NCBI GenBank assembly: GCA_051942205.1
Contig: JAVECO010000024.1
Coordinates: 62,001-126,000 of the forward strand
Length of the DNA stretch: 64,000 bases
Direction: 5' to 3'
Source: Coniocarpon cinnabarinum
Lineage: Eukaryota
Translations under genes and position numbers: made by a program
The notes under the pieces: model-generated
Told to the model about the DNA's origin: nothing
Seen by the model: the letters and a program-made list of their open reading frames with translations, nothing else
Database searches by the model: none
Shown here: positions 51,409-62,123 of the stretch, piece after piece
Position numbering within the stretch: the stretch's first letter is position 1
How the letters are laid out: every line of letters begins with the position of its first letter

Positions 51409-53027
51409 ATGTGTATGGAAGCTATGTGAGTAATCAACGGCTTCGACAGCCAGGCACGTTACCATTGTCGTTCGAGCTAATATTCAACAGCTGCTCCATA
51501 TGTCGAGGGGAGAACCGGCCTTTCTCGCGTTATTGCAAACCTCAATGTGCCATCCCAACCCGCAGTAGTGGCTTTAACCACATGGAGTGTGAGATTGGCG
51601 TAGGTGTACCCATGACGGCGTCACGACCGCGACATGAAACGTTCGAGCCTTCCGGCATACGACTCCCGCCGATCCAGTCGCTCGACCAGCCATACCGCCC
51701 GGCCTTGCCTGTGCGATTGCCGCCTATTTCCACATTTGATCGACCTCCTCCACCACCTTCAGTGAGTTCTCGGCGACATCTTGGCGATACTAGTACACGG
51801 ACCGCGTCTCATCAGGTGCAAACTCACCCTGGAGCTGTGACTGATCAACCTTCCTCGGAGTATTGGCCGCCTTCAGCATTCCGTCAGGAAAATTTCGGCG
51901 ACATCGAGAGCCAGGAGCTATCTCGGCAAGTGCAATCTCGAACTCGAACTTCCTCGAGGCATGGAGCTCAGGTGACACTCGAGAGCTTGCACAAGGATCG
52001 CGATGAACAAGACGAGGTCACCCATGAGAATACTAGTGCAAAGGCACCACACGTGAGTGAGCCGATTTGCGATGTCGAAAGCCGAGTGACGCTAACTTTG
52101 CGGGTGATGCAGTGATCCAAGCCAGACGGAGAACCATATCGCACCAGTGCTCGAAAACGTGCATACGGAAAGAAAGCTTTTGAGGACAAACAGGCTCGTG
52201 TACAAGATGCCGTGGCTCACTCGCAAGCCCCATACGTAAGCCAGTACTTATCTGATCCTCGAAATCGAACAACGCTGACAATCTTGATGACTCAGGGATA
52301 TAAACCTAATGGCAAGCCGTACCTCACTTCTGTCGGACACCGTATGAGCAGTGACAAGCAGAACGCCAAGAGAAAAGCTCAACGAGAAGAGCAGCGCCAA
52401 ACTAACCCAGCACCATATGTAAGTGAGCGTTCCTGTGAGCCTTGTGATGATACGAAGCTTACAATGGCGGTGTAGGGGCTCAAAAAGAATGGAAAACCGT
52501 ACTTGACCAGTCCTGAAAAGCGTAGGAGGGAGAAAGAACTTCGCCATCGAGCAGCTCTGCGAGACGCACAACATGATTCAGAGGACCGACAGGGTCGAGG
52601 TGCAAGCGCGTCCCGGACGAGCAGAGCACAAATGTCTCGTGGTCGTTCCAGGTCGCTGCCTCGCGACAGAGGTGTTCCTGGCGACCGCCGATCCGAGTCC
52701 CGCAATTGGCCAGCGCTCTCCGTCCAGGGTCATGGCCGCTATCGCTCGCCATCACGGCATAGGCGAAGTTCAAGCGTCGCACGGGTTCCAGAACACTCCG
52801 AGCCCAGCCGTCGCCGATCCCCGTCAAGAGCTAGACGAAGCTCAAGTGTTGCGCGTGCACCCACCGGAGGTCGTGCTCACTCCCCGTCGAATGAATATGG
52901 CAGCTCTCGACGGGGTAGGGCTAGCCACCGCGATGGCACTCAGACATTAGCCCAAGACGACGCCTCGCGAGGTAGAAGCTTGTACGCCCCCTGGGATTCT
53001 GATATGCAGCATGAACACAATCGGTAG
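51409..53027 (+). CDS. Paralogue E of novel family; 5 exons, with an in-frame TGA at 52113-52115 (possible pseudogene or alternatively spliced)
   Basis: Exons 51409-51425, 51491-52052, 52113-52235, 52296-52418, 52476-53027. Product MCMEAI|CSICRGENRPFSRYCKPQC...NHMEC...APH|*SKPDGEPYRTS...APY|GYKPNGKPYLTS...APY|GLKKNGKPYLTSPEKR, then RS tail. Confidence 0.72.
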
Positions 53028-53946
53028 GGTGCAAGCCGCCATACTCAAAGTCAAGCAGCATGAACAGAAACATTGGTGGCAGCCCTGGAAAGTGTCGCAG
53101 AACGCAGGTTCGATGGGCTCCTGTGGCTGGCATTAAGTCTCAAAGTAACTTAGTATGAGGTAGTCGACAATCCTTCTCATTACATTCCGTGTAATGTTGA
53201 GTTTGGCGACTTTGTACTCGAATGACCAGAGCAAAGACGTAGCGAAGGGCTTTGGCGTGTACAGTAGTCAGGACCTTTCATCATTACATTCCGTGTAATT
53301 TTGACTTGAGATCTGTGGGTGGATAGCTTCAGCAATAGAGGCAGCGTTGTCCATTCTGTCTTCAATTCCGAATTTTAGTCTTGGTGAAAGCTAGCCAGCG
53401 ATATGCTCGCTCACTCGTACGCTGTCAACGCGCTAAGTGATCAACGCATTTACTCTCGTGGAATGTGATCGTTGAAGATTTGAACCGCTGGTGATCCAAC
53501 CGCTGATTTAGAAGAACCTCGTCAGGACTGATGGCCTTGAATGTCTCTTTAGGGATAGAGTTCACCTTTCAGCGTGACTGTTCGTAAACAGCCCAGTCCC
53601 TTCCTTTGCTACACCTGTGTATTCAGCTGTGCATCCGCCTTTGCGTCCAGTTCTGCTTAGTGCATTTTTCCGAATGGAGTGCAATGCGGGCGAGATCTTG
53701 ATCTTTCCCTGCCTTCACCTCTGCGTCTCCTTTCACATCCCCTCGTACTCCCAACTTTGCCTAGTGTAATTTTTCGTATCGCCTTTGAGTCCACCTCTGC
53801 CTTCGCCTTTGCGTTGAGATCTTGCTTGCACACTCTCCAGCGCTGAACATAAATACTTGCCTTTGCCATGCCCACTCGACGATGTCTGCAAACAGAAAGA
53901 AGCGCAAACGGGGTCACTGCAACGCATCCACTCACAGCACGTCAAC

Positions 53947-55336
53947 ATGTGCCTTTGTATTCTCTGTCCCCGTTGCTGGGAGATGAATGCCGAGGCATCG
54001 ACCTCGTGTCAATCTCCATGCATTCAGTGTTTGCTACTCACCTATGTCTCCCACGAGGAGTGTCCGTTACGGTCATCACCGTCTCTTTTCGAAGGGATTG
54101 GTAAGCTTCCCATTCGTTCACAACCTTCGCTCCAGTTCGCCCAATTACTTCCTCGTCAAGACTTGCACGAGAACGATGCAACTCTCAGTGACCATCTGAG
54201 CTTCTGTTACTAATCAAATCTACAGATGGCAATTTGTGTGGTCTACCCATGCTTGAAAGTGAGGCTGCACGCATGTATTAACAAGTCAGCGAATTTTACT
54301 GAACACGTACGCAGCTCCATCAGATGGGCAACAGTCAGACTCACATGAGCCATCGTTAGCAGCCGCCAACCAGCTACCAGAATGGCAACCCGCAGACGAT
54401 TCATTCGACCAGGGACCTGATTCCGAGACGAATGAGCTTGAAGAAAGTGCGGGCGCTAGCATCACAGATTCTGGTGACCAAATACTCGGTCCTGGAAGTC
54501 CTTGGAGCGGCAACGGCAACCAGCCCGGGAATGTTGCTCCACAGTCAAACCATCAATACGTCGGTCGAGAAGCAACGCGATCGGCGTATGATTGCGGGGT
54601 GGACCCTCAAAGTTCTGCTGTGGCAGGTACCTGGGTGTTTGTTCCAAGGCACCTTGGCAACAACATCAGAGAGACACGTCAAGCTTCATGCCGTCTGCCG
54701 TGGACGTCGCTGCAATTCCCAAATGCCGGACTATATTGTCAGTCGTCAGATCGCAGTTCAGGCGCTGCCACGTCGCGATCCAGCCAATCATTCCTCGGTC
54801 AGGAAGCGGCGTGGAGTTACCAGCAGAACGTTCCCAGTACTGCTGATAGTTTGTCACCAGCAGCGGCAGATCCAACCACCGGTAGCACAGCGGGAGGTAT
54901 GGACATCAAGGCACCTTATGGCCGGAAGCCCAACGGTGAGCCGTATAGGCAACCACCCCAGGCAAGGAACCACCACCGGCTCATCGCGAGGAAGAACCGC
55001 GACCGAGAACGAGAAAAGAACCTGGAAACAGCGCGCTTTGGTCTGAGGGAGAACGTAAGTCTCCTACAAATGAATTCTGCCCCTGCCATCATGCTGACTT
55101 ACTGACAGGGACGGCCTTACATGACGTCCCCCGGGACGCGGGCCAAGGCGAATGCGCGCAGTAAGCAGAGGTTGAAGGAGAAGAGAGACCACATTCGCGA
55201 GACGGCCCCATGGGGATACAAGCCTAGCGGCAAACCATGGATGAGCAGTCCAGAAGAACGCGCGAGGGGCAGTGCGGTCGTTCGCGATCATCGGCTGCAC
55301 GCGTTAGAAACTGGCGTCAATGGATCACTTGGGTGA
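53947..55336 (+). CDS. Paralogue F of novel family; at least 4 exons (3' end may extend to ~55724)
   Basis: MCLCILCPRCWEMNAEASTSCQSPC...VSHEEC. Repeats APYGRKPNGEPYRQPP, RFGLREN|GRPYMTSPGTR (intron 55055-55108) and APWGYKPSGKPWMSSPEER. Confidence 0.72.
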
Positions 55337-55800
55337 AGTGAATGTTGTCTGCAGAAAGCCTCACTTTCCAGGCAATAACAACATATGCCCTGGACCATTC
55401 GTGCCAATAGACGCCACCCAACCGCATGCGAGAAAACCATGGGATGTTTCGCTCCGTTTCAACCTTCGCAATATTTCGTCAGCATACAGCGGGCTGCTCT
55501 CAGGGCCGTCTCAGGCACGTACAGATACTAGAATGGCCCACAGATCGATCGTCAACGACTGCACAAGGGCGACACTGGCTTCGTGTGGGATATCCAGGAT
55601 GAGACGCGTTGTTTGGGTGGCGTATGTGCACTCGATGATCGTGCCCGGCGAGCCAACGAAGGTGACGCCATCGTCCAAGGATAAGCTCTGCATAGCGGAG
55701 CGTCGAATCAATATTACATCGTGAATCTACTGTACAAGCCAACCTCCACGTCCAGCCACGGTGCAAGCGGGGCGAGCTCATCCTAATGATGCAAAGACCA

Positions 55801-58800
55801 CTATGCCTCCTCATCGCTGTCTTCGCCGAGCAAATCGCTCTCGTCGCTGGCCTGTCCCGTCCAATCCCGACCCCGTGCAAAGCTATCCCGTGACCTGTAC
55901 GTTCTGCTCCCTGAGCCTCTCCACACCGGCCCGTCTCCTCCCAGCCTGCTGTACGCCCCTTCTCTTCTACTACTCGGGAACCTGTCACGCACCCAGCGAC
56001 CCGCGCTTATTGCGATCATTGGCACAGCCATAACGCCTGCGGCCACAGCAGATACAGCAACGACCGGATAGCGCACCAGCGCCGAGCCTGTGTCAAAGCT
56101 AGGCGTCGGCAAACGCAGGCGTGTCGTCTGACCGCCAGAAGCGTCCCCATCGCCCAGAGAGATGCGGCCGAACTGGCCATGTGCAAAGCGATTATACACA
56201 AACCAGCCAATGACTCCAGCCGCACCGAGGCAGATAACAACAATGAAGAGAACAAGCCAACCGCTCGTGCCATGCTTGTCGGCGAAGTCCTTGCCGTGTC
56301 CCGGGCACGGCAGAGGCTGATAGATGTAGTCGAGCTCTTTCCCTCCTTGACATGTATTTCCGGGTATTCGTCGATAGCCTGAAATGGGATGGTACTCCAT
56401 TTGTCCTGGATTTTGTCGGCACTCCTCGATGGGATCACGGTCTTCACCCCTTTTCTTGCAAATGCCTGCGCGGTCACGCTCATAGTTGTAGTCACATTCA
56501 AAGTCCATTGCTGTGCAAGAGCAGTTCTCAAGCGTGGCGTGGAAGCGCTCGATGTGAGGACCATTGTAGCAATCCGTGGACGTCTTTTTCTTGCGGTGAT
56601 AGGCAGCCCGGTGGCCAAATAGACAGTTACTATCCTGAAAGGGGTGTTCTGGAACCCACAATTCGTAATCAGAATCTTCCTCGTCGTGCTCACCTTCTTT
56701 GAAACTACACTTGTGATCAAAAGCTCCTTTAAAGTCAAGGTTGATCGTGACGGCATCCATTCTGCCACCCGGCTTGCGACCCCATAGAAGAAAGTTCAAA
56801 GATCCATCAGAGGGAACGGTAGACAGGTCGGAAATTTCGTACTCTTCGTCTTCCTGCTCCGTAAAACGGTATGCGGTAAAATTGCGGCCCTCGTCTAGCG
56901 AGTAATATAATTTGTTCGTGGGCGAATGCTCCTCCACAAGAACGATGATGGAGCCCTGGTCGCCAAACTCCCACATGTATTGCCCCTTCTGAGCAGTGTG
57001 CCAGGTGAGGCCGCCGTCGCGAGAGACAAACGTATCGCCATCCCGCTTCCTTCCGAGCTCGCTTCCGACATTGCCAATCCCGAGAACGAGGCCCACTGCT
57101 GACGGAGAGGAGTACATTTCTTCCGGAGAACGGCGCTCAGTGTAACCATGGAGGTGAAGCGCGCACTCTGCCTTGCGTTTGCGCTGCGCAACGCAAGGAT
57201 AGTCATCCCCATTATTGTCCTTGCTCGGTGGGGTCAGGTAGTCCCAGTCTGCGCCGTCATTGTGAGTTATACGAGTCTGGAGTTTCTTTACAGCACTTTC
57301 ACCGTCTACCTCCTGGTAGTTTGCAACAACATTAGCCAGCGCTGTACCTTCTATGGCTTGGACTTTTTCGAAATCTACGAATCCAAGCTCGTTGCGGTTG
57401 ACGTAGAGCAAAGAGGTCACAAAGTTTGTGCCGTTGCTGTTGGACTTGACGATGGTGCCGTATTCCCTCTCGCGACGGTCGCTGACAGTAATATGTAAGA
57501 AGATGGAATGACTTGAACTGTCGAGCACAGTGTAACCGTCAAAGCCTTCATGCGGGGACGGAGCCACGCTCGGAGGCCACCTTGCTGGAGCGAAAGTTTG
57601 GGCGTCGATGCTGGCATTGAGTGTTAAAGTCGCCTGCTCCTTGCTTTCATGTGTGGCAACGATGATAAATTCGGACATGGTAGCAAAATTCGCAATGTCG
57701 TTGAAAATGACATGGTCAGTCTCAAACCAATCATCACTTCCGACGAGACTTTTGGCGTGACCATCTTCCCTCGCACAGAATACCAGCTTCTCACTCGTAT
57801 TGCGCCCTTCCTGCCAAACGAACTCACAGGTGCCAGCATCGTCAACCAGCTTCTCCCAATCGTCCCCGCGCTTGAGCGAGCGGTGCGCAGTTGGGTAACA
57901 GCGGCCACTGCTGGAGACGCAGCCGGTCCATATCAACCAATTCCTCCTCGCCTCGTGGAAGCGAATAACAGGGAGGCCCCTGTCATTGGGTACGCTGGGA
58001 GCCTGAAAAGATCGAAAATTCTGACCACGGTCTGTCGTATAATGAACGGCTTTCGACACAGTAACAATGTAAGCATCGCGGTGCTCATGCGCGTTTGGAT
58101 AGATGGACGCGGGGCCCTCGATGTCCTCGAGCAGTTTCCATTTCTTTCCGTGGTCGTGAGTCTTCCATGCAGCTCTGCCCTCATTACCTTCAGTGAGTAA
58201 CAAGACGGTCTCGTCTTCGTCATCAACGTCGGCTCCATCACTGAAATCGGGCCGCTCAAGATAGCGAAACTCCCGGAATGAGGCACCTTCCCACGGGGTG
58301 ATTTTGTGCCTAATGCCATCGGCAGTGGGACTTTTGCTGAGATCGTCGCATGGTCTTTCAACATCAGCCATGATCTTGTCGTAGACGTCGTTCTTCTTGC
58401 AGGCATTTCCAGGAATCTGTCGGAATCCAGATGGGCCCATGAACGTATCTTTGGAGTTCTTGCACTTGCCTTTCGGGGCCACTAGCCCTTTTCCAGGCAT
58501 GCATTTCTTGCGACTCTCAGACAAGACGTATCCGGTATCGCATTCAAAATCTGCGTCTGTGCAAGGACAAGCCTTGAACTCAGGTTCGGCTTCCTTGAAC
58601 TCCTTATCTACAGTGCATTTGGCGTCCGGTTTTTTTCGGCGAAACGACTGTTGCTGACCCATGACGCACCCCGGTTCACCATCAATCTCGCGAGCGTGCC
58701 ACATCTGCAAATCATCTTTCTTGCATTTGTCCAGATCAAGGAAGTCAAAGTCAATGGAATAGACCCAAAGCTTTGCGTCATCGCCTCGACCGCTCAACGC

Positions 58801-60372
58801 GGTCAGCAGTACCTTTGTGCTTGTTGAGTCGGTGACAGTAGTGAAGACTCCAGCTCTGAACTTGTCATCGTCATCATCAACGATCTTGAGCTTTTCCCAC
58901 TTGTGGCCGTAATTCAAAGAGTATTTGATGTGGTCAGTCGGCACAGTGTCAGAAACAGCCACAAGAACTGATCCTGAATCGGCAAACTCGTATTTATGCG
59001 GACCCTCGTAGCCAAAGAACCAGTCTTCGCCTCCATTCTCGGAGACCCAAAGATTGCATTCTTCGTAGTCATGGAGGTCGTCACCCAGGTTTCCAATGCC
59101 CATGAGCAGGCCTGGCGCACCTCTATTGGAGAACACCTTGCCTTGATTGCGCATTTCGGAATAGCCATGAAGATTGAGATTGCCCTTGCGATCGTCACGC
59201 TGACCTTTGAGCGGCTTGTAGTGTCGGCCATCGTCGAACGTTATGTGAGTCTGTAGTTGTTTCGGCTCACTGCGTTCAAGCACGGCGTCAGGATTGGTGA
59301 CAATGTTTGCCAAGGCGACACCCTGGACGTTGTCCAATCTCTCATAGTCGACGAACCCGAATGGATTGCGGTTGGTGTGCTTCTGAATGCTTGTGAAGTA
59401 TGTTCCATTCGAGTCGCTTCCAAACAGGTTTCCCATCGAAGAAGGACTGAACGGGCCGCCGCCCCCTTCCATAACATCCACGCGGATCGTGTAATTTGCC
59501 GACTCCATGACTGTATAGCCATCTGCATCGATCTTCTGCTGACCGAAAAGCGCACGATGCCATTCCGACCCGTCGGTCGAAGTGTACATAGCCATCTCGG
59601 TTGTGTGCTCGCCTTTTTTGGCCGCAAGGACATACTTTGTGGCTGACACCATGCTAACAAAGCCGGAGCCAGATCTACCGTCCCCTATCTTTGCCTCCTC
59701 TTCATCCTTGAAGTAATTGTCGCTGTAGAGGAGATGTTCATTGAGCAGGCCGATGATGCCAGACTCTTTGGGCGCAATGCAGAGAATACGATCCTTGTCA
59801 ACCTTTTCGTGACCAGACGCAAATGAGACCTTCTCCTTTGCCCACATGCACTGCTGAGCGCGATGTCGTAGGAGCTCTGGCTCGGTCTTGAACCCGTCTG
59901 TGGTATAATATGATGCTCTTTCGTTGTTGCCGTGCACGTTGATAATGATTTTGTGCTTGTCATTCCCATGAAAACTAAACGGCGAGGCTGGAGAGGGGGT
60001 CATGCCCTTGGTGGTAAACGGTGTCCAGTCTTTGCCTTGATTCCGCGTGATGTAATGCGTGTCGCCCGTGCACATAATGATTGCCACATTGTTGTTGTTC
60101 GGGCTGAGCACGATTGCGAAGGCTCGCTGAACGTCCGGGACCTTGTCCCAGGAAGCGCCAGCATCTTTGGATATATGAGCGATGCCATGCCTCGGCTCGA
60201 CTGTGAGGACGGTCTCTGAATCTTCAAAGAATTGAAAGGGCGAGAGTTTGCTCTCGAAGGAGGTCCGCTTGATATTCTTCTTGTCGACCTCAGCGGAGGC
60301 CAGCGGCAGAAGGATGAGGAGAAGGATGAAGACGAGGCGCATTAAGGGGGTGCGCCTCAACGAGAAGTCCAT
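55801..60372 (-). CDS. VPS10: Vacuolar protein sorting receptor Vps10/Pep1 (sortilin family)
   Basis: 1523 aa: signal peptide, two Vps10 beta-propeller/10CC modules with BNR/Asp-box repeats (SxDxGxxW), DFECD and GYRRIPGNTC motifs, TM helix, cytoplasmic tail FGRISLG. Confidence 0.96.
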   Translation of the reverse strand: MDFSLRRTPLMRLVFILLLILLPLASAEVDKKNIKRTSFESKLSPFQFFEDSETVLTVEPRHGIAHISKDAGASWDKVPDVQRAFAIVLSPNNNNVAIIMCTGDTHYITRNQGKDWTPFTTKGMTPSPASPFSFHGNDKHKIIINVHGNNERASYYTTDGFKTEPELLRHRAQQCMWAKEKVSFASGHEKVDKDRILCIAPKESGIIGLLNEHLLYSDNYFKDEEEAKIGDGRSGSGFVSMVSATKYVLAAKKGEHTTEMAMYTSTDGSEWHRALFGQQKIDADGYTVMESANYTIRVDVMEGGGGPFSPSSMGNLFGSDSNGTYFTSIQKHTNRNPFGFVDYERLDNVQGVALANIVTNPDAVLERSEPKQLQTHITFDDGRHYKPLKGQRDDRKGNLNLHGYSEMRNQGKVFSNRGAPGLLMGIGNLGDDLHDYEECNLWVSENGGEDWFFGYEGPHKYEFADSGSVLVAVSDTVPTDHIKYSLNYGHKWEKLKIVDDDDDKFRAGVFTTVTDSTSTKVLLTALSGRGDDAKLWVYSIDFDFLDLDKCKKDDLQMWHAREIDGEPGCVMGQQQSFRRKKPDAKCTVDKEFKEAEPEFKACPCTDADFECDTGYVLSESRKKCMPGKGLVAPKGKCKNSKDTFMGPSGFRQIPGNACKKNDVYDKIMADVERPCDDLSKSPTADGIRHKITPWEGASFREFRYLERPDFSDGADVDDEDETVLLLTEGNEGRAAWKTHDHGKKWKLLEDIEGPASIYPNAHEHRDAYIVTVSKAVHYTTDRGQNFRSFQAPSVPNDRGLPVIRFHEARRNWLIWTGCVSSSGRCYPTAHRSLKRGDDWEKLVDDAGTCEFVWQEGRNTSEKLVFCAREDGHAKSLVGSDDWFETDHVIFNDIANFATMSEFIIVATHESKEQATLTLNASIDAQTFAPARWPPSVAPSPHEGFDGYTVLDSSSHSIFLHITVSDRREREYGTIVKSNSNGTNFVTSLLYVNRNELGFVDFEKVQAIEGTALANVVANYQEVDGESAVKKLQTRITHNDGADWDYLTPPSKDNNGDDYPCVAQRKRKAECALHLHGYTERRSPEEMYSSPSAVGLVLGIGNVGSELGRKRDGDTFVSRDGGLTWHTAQKGQYMWEFGDQGSIIVLVEEHSPTNKLYYSLDEGRNFTAYRFTEQEDEEYEISDLSTVPSDGSLNFLLWGRKPGGRMDAVTINLDFKGAFDHKCSFKEGEHDEEDSDYELWVPEHPFQDSNCLFGHRAAYHRKKKTSTDCYNGPHIERFHATLENCSCTAMDFECDYNYERDRAGICKKRGEDRDPIEECRQNPGQMEYHPISGYRRIPGNTCQGGKELDYIYQPLPCPGHGKDFADKHGTSGWLVLFIVVICLGAAGVIGWFVYNRFAHGQFGRISLGDGDASGGQTTRLRLPTPSFDTGSALVRYPVVAVSAVAAGVMAVPMIAISAGRWVRDRFPSSRREGAYSRLGGDGPVWRGSGSRTYRSRDSFARGRDWTGQASDESDLLGEDSDEEA

Positions 60373-60719
60373 CGTTAGCCGAACCTCCCATGAGCATTTC
60401 AGGACAGAGCAGTGAAGGTGGCGAAGGCGATGAGGTGAAGAGAGTCAGGCCGCGATCAAGATGGTCTGGCGGGCGGAGGGTCCGTGCACCGAGCCGATGT
60501 CCGCCACGCCGCTTATAGATAGCTATGTGCCATTACTGTTCTTTTCCATCTTCGCAACTGATGGAGTCGTGAGTACTCCGCGCAAGCATCAGACGAAAAA
60601 AAAGTGCAGAGTCTGAGATGTACATTTCGCAAGTTCTTGTCGAGTACTTAGGACCATCCTTCAACCCCGGCCAGGATCTAGATTTCTCTTCCGATCCAAG
60701 ATCATTCGCCCGTCGATAC

Positions 60720-61742
60720 TCATGACAAGGCCATCTTTAGATTGTCGTAAATCGTGAATATGACTGCAGAGCTTGGGGCGGCTCTGCACACAGTAATTCC
60801 ACACCCTCTGTACAGACCTCTCAAACCTTGATCTCTCCACAGTGTCCGGCCTACGCTCCAGAACGTCTGCTGGGCGGTCCCTGACGGAACGACTTCGGTT
60901 TGCATACGCGACTTGATGGTGTCGGCAGGATAGAAGGCAAAGTTGTAGCTCATCCCGGCCGTCGCTCCGGCTATGAGCTGTTGCCAGACCGGAATGGCAG
61001 GATCACTCGAGGACAGACTGTCTTTCGTGACTCGAGCTCGGAAGAAGGCACTGACGCCCTCGTAGCTGCCGAACCACGCGGCTGATCCACCCGTCTCACG
61101 TATGAGCGTACCCAGCTGCCCGCGCCAGAATCCAAGCACACCCTGCTCTTTCAAAACAAGGTTGATGACGGCAGCAACACCCAGCTTGTTTGCTGCAAGA
61201 CCTCTATCATACACTTGCACGCGGCATTTGACGAGCTCAATCGGAGTGAGGACCAGAGAAGTGAAAGCGCCACTTGCGGCGCCTGCAAGACAGAGCGCAC
61301 TGAGAGGCAGTGGTGTGGAGGCGCCATAGATTGACGCCATGAGTGCTTCTTGCGCGACATGGTACTGCAGATGTTTCAATAAAAACTCAGGAGCGAAGTG
61401 CGGCGAGGCATGGCTTACACTCAAAAAGAGGCTGCTAGTTTCGATGGCAGCGCCAACGGTGGGCGCACTGACACCTCGATACAAACCCCCATACACGCCG
61501 TCGGTCGCAATAGACTGTTTGAAGCAATCGAGTGGTCCCGTATAGCGCAGTGGCTGGCCAGCGGCTTGAGACTGCAGCCGCACTTTGACCGTATCAAAAG
61601 GGTATTCAATGATTTTTCCTACGCCGCCAGCAAGCTGCGTGCATTAGTGGACGTAACCGTAAAGAGCATTCTGAGTTGCGCAGCGTACAGATCCTAGGGC
61701 GATATCTTGTACAGCTTCCTGCATCGGATTGCCCATGCCCAT
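60720..61742 (-). CDS. ORT1: Mitochondrial carrier, ornithine/amino-acid transporter (Ort1/Arg-11-like); 3 exons
   Basis: Three carrier signatures ([33 protein letters not shown]), [15 protein letters not shown] and RAAPSSA. Confidence 0.88.
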
Positions 61743-62123
61743 GGCAACAGAAGTTAGATGCGACGTGTCTGGACGACAGCAGTGCAGTGTAGTGTTTTGA
61801 GAGGGGCAAGCCGGCCCAGGCTCCCAGTCTGCTATCGCGGCAACATTGCGGAGTTAGAGCCGTACGACGACGCGGTATGGACAAAGCTGAGAGTAATGCA
61901 AAACAATGTCGGGCCTAGCAAGCTATCAAATTTTGTGTAGTGGTTGGACAACGTCGTCAGTCGTGCACAAGACGATTCAATGTGCATTGATTTTTTCGAT
62001 AAGAGATCATTTGGTTTATTGCTTTATCGGGTAATTTGCCATGAGTATACTGGGATGGAATCTTGGAGGTCTTCTAATGCTTCACTGCTCACTGGGATTT
62101 CGTGAACAGTGTAACACCTCGCC

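Noticed and set aside
51207..51490. 5' part of the 302-aa ORF 51207-52115
   Set aside because: Better explained as UTR, the 17-nt first exon in another frame and an intron (51426-51490) of paralogue E.
39518..55336. Interpretation of the periodic repeats as a CRISPR array or transposon ORFs
   Set aside because: The repeats are conserved at protein level only and are split by spliceosomal introns; there are no identical DNA repeats and no transposase, RT or integrase motifs.
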